This document shows positions 56,913-64,000 of a stretch of DNA of 64,000 bases, one piece after another. Under the pieces are notes generated by a model. That model was given only the letters and a program-made list of their open reading frames with translations, did not search any database and was not told where the DNA came from. A program made the translations under genes and the position numbers. The stretch's first letter is position 1; each line of letters opens with the position of its first letter. Source of the stretch: Candidatus Binatia bacterium (GTDB taxonomy: Bacteria > Desulfobacterota > Binatia > UBA9968 > JAJDTQ01); NCBI GenBank assembly GCA_963666515.2, contig OY762897.2, positions 4,224,001-4,288,000 of the forward strand, written 5' to 3'.

Positions 56913-58114
56913 GGATTCGCGCCCAACTCGCCCATCCGCCACAAGTCGCCGAGGGCGTAATCCTTTAGCCAATCGGCAAGCTTGGCTGAGTCAAGGCGGC
57001 GAAGTACGGTTCCGTCTTCGATTCGTTCGCAGGCGACGACAGTGTCTGGTTCGGCGGTCAGGGCGGAAACCAACGCGTCCGAGTGAGTGGCGACAATGAG
57101 TTGCATACGTTCGGACGCCTCAACCATGAGATCGGCGACAAGGGAGACGGCGTCGGGGTGCAAACCCAATTCCGGCTCGTCGATGCAGACCAAGGGAGGC
57201 GGCGAAGGTGTTAGCAACGTGGCAAGAAGCGCCACAAATCGGATAGTGCCGTCAGAGAGACGAGTCGCCGGCACCGGGGTACGGAAGCCTTTCTCGTGCA
57301 GGTAGAACTGGACTGTGCCGCCTGACAGCATGGTAGACATCCTTTCGAAGCGGGGAAAGAAGCGCTTGAGCAGCTTGTTGAAGTCCCGTGAGGCATAGCT
57401 GTGTTCGATCTTGTTAAGGATCAAGGCGAGGTTGCTGCCGTCGGGAAGTAGACGATCGTCGGGAAGGTCTGCCGGCTGAGGTTTGCGGGGTGCGGTGTAG
57501 CGTCCGAAAGTCCAATCCCGGACTATCTGTATTTTGCCGAACTGGCGACCTAACCAAGTGAGTTCCGGATAGAGTTTCGGGTCCTTGATCTGTGCCAGAA
57601 CGGATTGGTCCGAGCGCAGTTCATGTCGCTCGATTCTGCGCGGCGATCCGTATATTGCCGCGATCTGGTCCTTTACGTTGATGGCAGGGTCACCCTGCTG
57701 AAAGCGGTAATAGAAATATGGATCTTGAAATCCCTGTTGAGGTTTTGTCTCCTCGATAGCTTCGTCGAACACCTCCACGCGTATGTTGTCGGTTTTGAAC
57801 TCAAGGCGATAACGGAGTGCTCGTTCGGTAGGTGTCGTTACGCCGTCGTAGCTGTCACCGGTTTCCACCTCAATTTTGGCGACCCTTCTCAAGTTGTCTC
57901 CCTTCCACAACCACTCCAACGCCCCGCCGCCCTCGCGTATCGCCGCGGCGAAATCGGTCGGTGTCGCGCCAAGGAGTTCGATGGCTTCGATGATGTTCGA
58001 TTTGCCGGATCCGTTCGGGCCGATGAGAACATTGAGAGCCTGAAGTTCCAGGGGCGACATATTGGGCGCAAACGACAGGAGTCCCTGCATTTTGAGGCTA
58101 CGGATGAATTGCAT
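56909..58114 (-). CDS. AAA_21/ABC-type predicted ATPase
   Basis: Walker A GPNGSGKS, signature LSDGT, Walker B IDEPELGLHP, H-loop ATHS, C-terminal LGDLW..GELG. Confidence 0.9.
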   Translation of the reverse strand: MQFIRSLKMQGLLSFAPNMSPLELQALNVLIGPNGSGKSNIIEAIELLGATPTDFAAAIREGGGALEWLWKGDNLRRVAKIEVETGDSYDGVTTPTERALRYRLEFKTDNIRVEVFDEAIEETKPQQGFQDPYFYYRFQQGDPAINVKDQIAAIYGSPRRIERHELRSDQSVLAQIKDPKLYPELTWLGRQFGKIQIVRDWTFGRYTAPRKPQPADLPDDRLLPDGSNLALILNKIEHSYASRDFNKLLKRFFPRFERMSTMLSGGTVQFYLHEKGFRTPVPATRLSDGTIRFVALLATLLTPSPPPLVCIDEPELGLHPDAVSLVADLMVEASERMQLIVATHSDALVSALTAEPDTVVACERIEDGTVLRRLDSAKLADWLKDYALGDLWRMGELGANP

Positions 58115-58356
58115 GGCTACGGCCTCCCGATTCTTGAGCACATAACCGCCTGCATTGCGTATTGCACGAGTTTACCGCCATAAGGGGAAAAAGGCAGGGG
58201 CTTCAGTAATGTTTTCGTAGCCCCTTCCCTGCCATGTTGAGACCCCCGGACGAGAAGGTAGGCCCGGCAACAGAATTTTTGCCAAATATTTCATTGCGAA
58301 GGAGCCAACGGCAAAGCCCACGGCTCGTGTCGCCAGCCGAAGCCCCGGGCAACGGA

Positions 58357-59826
58357 TCATGAGGAGAGTTCTTGTGGTGACGCCCCCTGTGCAAGCCTCT
58401 TCGCTATCCTTTCCGCCGCGGCTTCGCCGCCTGCGATGCAGTCGGCGATGCCGACCCCGCGATAGCTCTTGCCGGCGAGGGCGAGGGTGGGAAACTGCTT
58501 GAGCCGACTCTCGATTCTTTCCACGCGGTCCAGGTGGCCTACATTGTACTGGGGCATGCAGTCGGGGTAGCGGGTGGTGCGGCAGAGGGTCGGTTCGCCG
58601 GAGATGCCGAGGAGCCTTTCCAGGTCCTCCCGGACTTGGGCTTCCAGGGCGCCGTCGGGCTGGTCGAGCAGTTCGGGTTGCAGGGCGCCGCCGGCGAAGC
58701 AGCGCAGCAGGGCGATGTCTTCGGGAGCCCTTCCGGCGTACTTCACGCTGCTGAAGGTGCACGCCATGATCTTCCGGCCTTCCACGTGGGGGACCACGAA
58801 GCCGTAGCCGTCGAGGGGGTGGGTGATATCGCTCCGGCGGTAGGCAAGGTTGACCGTGGCGGTGGAAGAGAAGGGGATCGCTTCCAACTCGCCGGCCAAC
58901 TCCGCGTCCAGCGTTCTCACGGTATCCGCAGCGGCGGACGCCGGCAGCGTGCAGATGACGGCGTCGGCCTCCAACCCGCCGGAACTTTGGTTCGAACCGG
59001 CTCGGCCGGTGGCGACGCGCCAGCGGCGGGCGTCCGGGTTCCAGGACAGCGCCCGGACCGTTTCGCCAAGGCGGACCACGCCGGGACCAAGCGCCTCCTC
59101 GATTCGCCGCACGAGCACCTCCATGCCGCCGTCGATGCTGAGGAACAGGCTCCAGCGCGCGCCGGTCTCCTCCTCCGCCTGCGCCCGTCGTTTCTGGGCC
59201 CGGCGGCTTCCGAGAATGACGCTGCCGTGGTTGCGCTCCATCTCCGGGAACCGCGGCATGGTGGCGGCCAAGCTGAGGGCCTCCGGGTCCGAAGCGTAGA
59301 TGCCGCCGATGAGGGGCTGGGCGACGCGCTCCAGGACCTCCCGGCCCAGCCGGCGGCGCACGAACGAGGCTAGGCTCTCGTCGCCGTCCTCGGAGCGCCT
59401 GGGGATCAGGGGCTCCATTGCCATGCGGAGCTTGCCGCCGCAGGAGAACAATGGACTGCGCAGCACCGAGTCCACCCGGGTGGGCGCCATCAGCAGGAAC
59501 CCTTCCGGGAGCGGTTCCAGAGCGCCGCGGTGGACGGTATAGAGCTTCAACCCGGCGGCTTGCTGCGGCGCGATGAGACGGTCTGCGAGCCCCAGACGCT
59601 CACAGAGGTGCAGCGCCGCGGGCTTGTCCGTGATGTAGGAATCAGGACCGAGCTCCAGGAGGAGATCCCCGGTATGCTCGGTGGCGATCACCCCTCCGAG
59701 ACGGTCGGAGGCTTCCAGCAAGGTGACCTGCAACTCCGGGGAACCGGCGCGCCCCAACTCCGTCAGCCGATGCGCGGCCGACAGGCCCGCGATGCCCCCG
59801 CCGATGACGATGATGTGTTTGGTCAT
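58357..59826 (-). CDS. hemG: HemY-type proto/coproporphyrinogen oxidase
   Basis: Motifs IGGGIAGLSAA, ELGPDS, GGIYA, MPQYNVGH and YRGVGIADCI. Downstream of hemE. Confidence 0.92.
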   Translation of the reverse strand: MTKHIIVIGGGIAGLSAAHRLTELGRAGSPELQVTLLEASDRLGGVIATEHTGDLLLELGPDSYITDKPAALHLCERLGLADRLIAPQQAAGLKLYTVHRGALEPLPEGFLLMAPTRVDSVLRSPLFSCGGKLRMAMEPLIPRRSEDGDESLASFVRRRLGREVLERVAQPLIGGIYASDPEALSLAATMPRFPEMERNHGSVILGSRRAQKRRAQAEEETGARWSLFLSIDGGMEVLVRRIEEALGPGVVRLGETVRALSWNPDARRWRVATGRAGSNQSSGGLEADAVICTLPASAAADTVRTLDAELAGELEAIPFSSTATVNLAYRRSDITHPLDGYGFVVPHVEGRKIMACTFSSVKYAGRAPEDIALLRCFAGGALQPELLDQPDGALEAQVREDLERLLGISGEPTLCRTTRYPDCMPQYNVGHLDRVERIESRLKQFPTLALAGKSYRGVGIADCIAGGEAAAERIAKRLAQGASPQELSS

Positions 59827-59849
59827 TCCTGCGACACGGCGCAATTCCG

Positions 59850-59930
59850 CCAGGGGCGACCGCGGGTCGCCCCTACGGGGTTCATCACTGGGTGTGTAGG
59901 GACGACCCGCGGTCGCCCCTATTCGGACAG
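59850..59930. repeat. GTAG-type REP doublet (REPIN-like), copy 2
   Basis: AGGGGCGACCGCGGGTCGCCCCTAC...GTAGGGACGACCCGCGGTCGCCCCT. Confidence 0.8.
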
Positions 59931-59990
59931 CCCTCCAGGGTCAGAACTTGTCTTTTCCAGCAAAAGCAACTGGTTTAATTGAAGTTCTCG

Positions 59991-61025
59991 CTATCCGCTC
60001 AGCTCATGCACCGCATCCACCATGGCCCTCACATGGTCCACCGGGGTTTCCGGCAGTATGCCGTGGCCGAGGTTGAAGATATGCCCCGGACGCCCTGCGG
60101 CGCGTTGGAGGATATTCCGTACCCGGCGGCGGATCTCGTCCGGCGGCGCGAACAGGGCCACGGGATCGAGGTTGCCCTGGATGGCCACGTCGTGGCCCAC
60201 GCGGCTCCAGGCCGTGTCCAGGTCCACGCGCCAGTCCACGCCCAGCACGTCGCTGCCGGCTTCCCGCATGAGCTCCAGCAGGCCGCCGGTGGCGGTGCCG
60301 AAGTGGATCACCGGGACGCCGGGCGTGACCTCCGCCATCAGGCGGCGCATGTGCGGCAGCACGTATTCGCGGTAGTCGTCGGGGGCCAGGCAGCCGACCC
60401 AGCTATCGAAGACCTGGAGGGCGTCGATGCCCGCCTCGATCTGCGCGTTGACGTAGGAGACCGTGGCCGTCACCAGCCGCTCCATCAGCGCGTTCCAGGC
60501 GCCGGGATCGGCGTGATACAGCCGCTTGGTGTGGATGTAGTTCCGCGACGCGCCGCCTTCGATCAAGTAGGACGCCAGCGTGAAGGGAGCGCCGCAGAAG
60601 CCGATCAGGGGCACGCGTCCGGCCAGCGCGGCGCGGGTGCTGCGGACGGCGGCGTACACGTACGCCAGGGACTCTTCCGGCGTCGGGTCGCGTAGCGCGT
60701 CCACGTCCCGGCCCGTTCGCACCGGCCGCTGAATCTTCGGGCCGCCCTCGGCGTATTCAAGCCCCACGCCCATGGGCTCCAGCAGCAGCAGGATGTCGGC
60801 GAAGAGTATGGCGGCGTCCACGTTGAGGCGTTCCACGGGCGTCACCGTCACTTCCGCCACGAGGTCCGGGGTCTTGCACAGGTCAAGGAAGCCGACCCTG
60901 GCCCGCACGTCGCGGTATTCCTTCATGTAGCGTCCGGCCTGGCGCATGAGCCATACCGGCGTGTAAGGTGTCCTGCTGCGGCGGCAGGCGGTGAGGAACG
61001 GGTGCGGTGAAGAAATTTCGGTCAT
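59991..61025 (-). CDS. hemE: Uroporphyrinogen decarboxylase
   Basis: Motifs PVWLMRQAGRY, LFADIL, QVFDSW and FNLGHG. Confidence 0.96.
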   Translation of the reverse strand: MTEISSPHPFLTACRRSRTPYTPVWLMRQAGRYMKEYRDVRARVGFLDLCKTPDLVAEVTVTPVERLNVDAAILFADILLLLEPMGVGLEYAEGGPKIQRPVRTGRDVDALRDPTPEESLAYVYAAVRSTRAALAGRVPLIGFCGAPFTLASYLIEGGASRNYIHTKRLYHADPGAWNALMERLVTATVSYVNAQIEAGIDALQVFDSWVGCLAPDDYREYVLPHMRRLMAEVTPGVPVIHFGTATGGLLELMREAGSDVLGVDWRVDLDTAWSRVGHDVAIQGNLDPVALFAPPDEIRRRVRNILQRAAGRPGHIFNLGHGILPETPVDHVRAMVDAVHELSG

Positions 61026-61040
61026 GGCGTCCGCGTGCGT

Positions 61041-62162
61041 TCAGTTCGAGCGGTTCTTGCCCGCGCCGAGGGTGACGGTCTCCTCGCCGTACTTGTGCCG
61101 CAGCCGGTCGATGCCCTTGTAGAGCCGGTCCATGGACGCCCGTTCCCGGTAGTCGAAGATGGAGTCCTGCCACCCCTCGGTGGTGATGCCGCTGGCGCTG
61201 ATGCCGAGGAGGCGGACCGCCTTGTCCGGCGCCAAGTTCCTCGCCAGCAGCTCCCGTGCGATCTTGAAGATGTCCACGTCGAAGCAGGTGGGCGCTTTAA
61301 GGGTCCGCGACCGGGTGATGGTTTTGAAGTCGGAGTAGCGTAGCTTGAGGGTGATGCGCCGCGCCCGGGCCTCCTGGCGGCGCAGTCTCGCCGCCACGTC
61401 TTCTACGAGGCCTCCCAGCACCCGCTCCATTTCCACCGGGTCGGTCAGCGATTGGGCAAGGGTGGTCTCGCTCCCGATCGAATGTTCGTGGACGTGGCCG
61501 CTCGACTCCGGGCGCTCCAGGTTCAGATAGCGCCGCCCGATCCGGGGGTGGGCAAGAAGCTGAGCCACGGTGGCGACGCCGCGGCCCGTCAGCTCCCGGT
61601 GCGTCTTGGGGCCGACGCCGGGGATGATCGAGACGTCGAGAGGACCGAGGAAACGTTCTTCCGATCCCGGCGGCACGTAGAGCAGCCCGCGCGGCTTGAC
61701 CGTGGTGGCGGCGATCTTGGCCACGGTGGGGTGGGTGGCGAGCCCGCCGGACGACGGCAGCCCCAACTCGTTCCTGATGCGGCCGATGATTTCGTGGGCG
61801 ACGCGGATGGGATGCCCCATCAGCCGTTCCGTGCCGGTCAGGTTGACCAGCCCCTCGTCGATGGAGAAAGCACGGACGTCGGGCGAGAAGGAACGGAGCA
61901 GGTCGAATACCTTTCTGGAGAACTCGCTGTAGACCTTGCGCCGGCCGGGAACGAATATCCCGTCCGGGCAGAGCCGGCGCGCCTGGAATCCGGGCATGGC
62001 GGACCGGACCCCGAATTGACGCGCCTCGTAGGAGGCCGAGGTGACCACCCCGCGGCCGCTGCCGCCCCCCACCATCACCGGCTTGCCTTCCAGGGAAGGG
62101 TCGAGGACACGCTCCACGGACACGTAGAACGAGTCCATGTCGATGTGCAGGTAGGAGGCCAT
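61041..62162 (-). CDS. dinB: DNA polymerase IV (Y family)
   Basis: Motifs HIDMDSFY, SYEAR.FGVRSAM, SIDEG and AKIA. C-terminal QDSIF clamp-binding-like motif. Confidence 0.93.
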   Translation of the reverse strand: MASYLHIDMDSFYVSVERVLDPSLEGKPVMVGGGSGRGVVTSASYEARQFGVRSAMPGFQARRLCPDGIFVPGRRKVYSEFSRKVFDLLRSFSPDVRAFSIDEGLVNLTGTERLMGHPIRVAHEIIGRIRNELGLPSSGGLATHPTVAKIAATTVKPRGLLYVPPGSEERFLGPLDVSIIPGVGPKTHRELTGRGVATVAQLLAHPRIGRRYLNLERPESSGHVHEHSIGSETTLAQSLTDPVEMERVLGGLVEDVAARLRRQEARARRITLKLRYSDFKTITRSRTLKAPTCFDVDIFKIARELLARNLAPDKAVRLLGISASGITTEGWQDSIFDYRERASMDRLYKGIDRLRHKYGEETVTLGAGKNRSN

Positions 62163-62293
62163 GTTCTTCTTCCCGAATGTTAACAGTCTTGGCGCCGGGG
62201 AGTCCATCTTGCACTCAGGGAACGCGTGCGCCGGGTGCGAGTGGCATTCCTGTTGCTGCCACCCTATGATGAATGGCCGCGAGGGGATCAGGC

Positions 62294-63655
62294 ATGGCAC
62301 GAGCCAGGGTCGTCTACGAGTGTCAGAACTGCGGCTTCCAGTCGCCCAAGTGGCTGGGGCGGTGCCCGGACTGCGGCCGGTGGGACTCGCTGGTGGAGGA
62401 AGCGGTGGCGCCCCAGACCGGCGCCGCCAGGGACGGGGACGCCGGCCCGGCGCGCGCGCCGTCGCCCATGCACGAGGTCACCGCGGACACCGACAGCCGC
62501 CTGCGCTCCGGCATCGAGGAGTTCGACCGGGTGCTGGGGGGCGGCTTGGTGGACGGCTCCGCGGTGCTCATCGGCGGCGATCCCGGCATCGGCAAGTCTA
62601 CGCTGCTGCTCCAGGCGGTGGCGGCGCTGAGCCATGACGGGCCGCCGTGCCTCTACGTCTCCGGCGAGGAGTCGGAACAGCAGGTGAAGATGCGCGGGCG
62701 GCGCATCTCGCTGGCGTCTTCGAGCCTGCTGGTGCTGAGCGAGACCTCGCTGGAACGCATCCTGGAACAGGTCAGGATCGTCAAGCCCGCGGTGCTGGTG
62801 GTGGACTCCATCCAGACGGTGCACACCTCGGCCATCCCGTCCGCACCCGGGAGCATCGGCCAGGTGCGGGAGTGCTCGGCCGCGCTGATCTCCATGGCCA
62901 AGAAGAGCGGCGTCGCCACGTTCCTCGTCGGCCACGTGACCAAGGACGGCGCCATCGCCGGCCCGCGCGTCCTGGAGCACATGGTGGACACGGTGCTCTA
63001 CTTCGAGGGCGAGCGGGGCCACAGCTTCCGCATCCTGCGGGCGGTCAAGAACCGCTTCGGCTCCACCAACGAGATCGGCGTGTTCGAGATGCAGGAAGCG
63101 GGACTGCGGGAAGTGCCCAACCCCTCGCAGATATTCCTGTCCGAGCGCCCCCTGGGAGGGTCGGGCTCGGTGGTGGTCCCCAGCATGGAGGGGACGCGCC
63201 CGATCCTGGTGGAGATACAGTCGCTGGTGACACGGTCCTATCTCAACCTGCCCAGGCGCACCTGCATCGGTGTCGACGCCAACCGCCTCGCCCTGATCCT
63301 GGCCATCCTGGAGAAGCGGAAGGGGATGAACTTCTTCGACAAGGACGTGTTCATCAACGTCGCCGGCGGCGTGACCGTCTCGGAACCGGCCGTGGACCTG
63401 GGGCTCGCCGTAGGGGTGGCCTCCAGCGCGCTGGACCGCCCGGTGGACCCCCACATGATCTTCGTCGGCGAAGTGGGGCTCGCCGGCGAGATACGCACCG
63501 TGACCCGCGCCGAGGAGCGGGTGGCCGAGGCCGGCAAGCTTGGTTTCCGCAGGTGCGTGCTGCCCCAAGGCAACCGCCGGCAGCTCCCGCACGTCGAGCA
63601 GCCCGAGCTGCTGGGAGTGGCCTCGCTCGAGGAATGCTGGGAGATCCTCTTCTGA
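62294..63655 (+). CDS. radA: DNA repair protein RadA/Sms
   Basis: Motifs CQNCG...GRCPDC, GDPGIGKST, KNRFG and GEVGLAGE. Confidence 0.96.
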   Translation: MARARVVYECQNCGFQSPKWLGRCPDCGRWDSLVEEAVAPQTGAARDGDAGPARAPSPMHEVTADTDSRLRSGIEEFDRVLGGGLVDGSAVLIGGDPGIGKSTLLLQAVAALSHDGPPCLYVSGEESEQQVKMRGRRISLASSSLLVLSETSLERILEQVRIVKPAVLVVDSIQTVHTSAIPSAPGSIGQVRECSAALISMAKKSGVATFLVGHVTKDGAIAGPRVLEHMVDTVLYFEGERGHSFRILRAVKNRFGSTNEIGVFEMQEAGLREVPNPSQIFLSERPLGGSGSVVVPSMEGTRPILVEIQSLVTRSYLNLPRRTCIGVDANRLALILAILEKRKGMNFFDKDVFINVAGGVTVSEPAVDLGLAVGVASSALDRPVDPHMIFVGEVGLAGEIRTVTRAEERVAEAGKLGFRRCVLPQGNRRQLPHVEQPELLGVASLEECWEILF

Positions 63656-63700
63656 TATCAACGAGTTGGGGCTGTTGGGGTCAGGTCTTGGACTCACCCG

Positions 63701-64000
63701 TCAACCCAGCGCCGGCATCACTTTTTCCGAGAAGAGACCCACCGAACGCAGCGCTTCGTCTAGGGAGATGTCGCCGAAGGCGAACTGGCCGACGAGGTAG
63801 TTGGCGCCGGCGGTGTCGAGTTGCGACTGAAGGAACGCCCGGACCGTATCCGGACTGCCCGCGATGCCCTGACCCGAAGCCATGACCCCATCGAAATCCG
63901 GCGGTCGCGGGTGCCTCGGCGAGCTTCCCCGGAGCCGGAAAAGGAACGTGAAGCTTCGGTGCCAGACGGGATAGGCCCTGCGGGCGATGCGAAGCGCCTC
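63701..64000 (-). CDS. LLM class oxidoreductase, C-terminal part (truncated by window edge)
   Basis: Sequence IAGSPDTV...GANYLVGQFAFGDI....LRSVGLFSEKVMPAL. Confidence 0.75.
   Translation of the reverse strand, partial: EALRIARRAYPVWHRSFTFLFRLRGSSPRHPRPPDFDGVMASGQGIAGSPDTVRAFLQSQLDTAGANYLVGQFAFGDISLDEALRSVGLFSEKVMPALG

Overview
GC-rich bacterial chromosomal window with about 62 credible CDSs and no rRNA, tRNA, CRISPR array, integrase or transposase that I can see. It is dominated by paralogous catabolic and transport genes: 4 Amidohydro_2 hydrolases, 3 luciferase-like monooxygenases, 3 TctC binding proteins plus a TctA-TctB fusion, 2 SDRs, 3 VOC proteins, a Mo-bisPGD oxidoreductase, a TauD dioxygenase, a LigAB-type dioxygenase, form II coxSLM and an orphan GrdE-like protein. 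This profile suggests an uncultured Binatota/deltaproteobacterial, possibly host-associated, lineage (inference only). Housekeeping genes are addAB, aat, hemE, hemG/hemY, dinB and radA. Several small conflict or defence modules are interspersed: a PIN toxin with a decayed toxin-antitoxin remnant, a mazEF-like pair with a perfect operator, two inverted AAA-ATPase/PD-(D/E)XK paralogs, a Fic gene and an AAA_21 ATPase + DUF4276 pair. The best candidate for a new system is a lower-GC island at about 29.76-32.52 kb. It carries a structured ~450-nt non-coding leader, a P-loop kinase-dCTP deaminase (Dcd/AvcD-type anti-phage enzyme) and a closely linked, apparently catalytically dead DUF488-like protein with a clamp-binding-like QLSLW motif. 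Three families of REP-like palindromes punctuate the intergenic regions. Start codons were re-picked by eye from RBS, overlap and motif context. All family calls come from motif recognition, not database searches.
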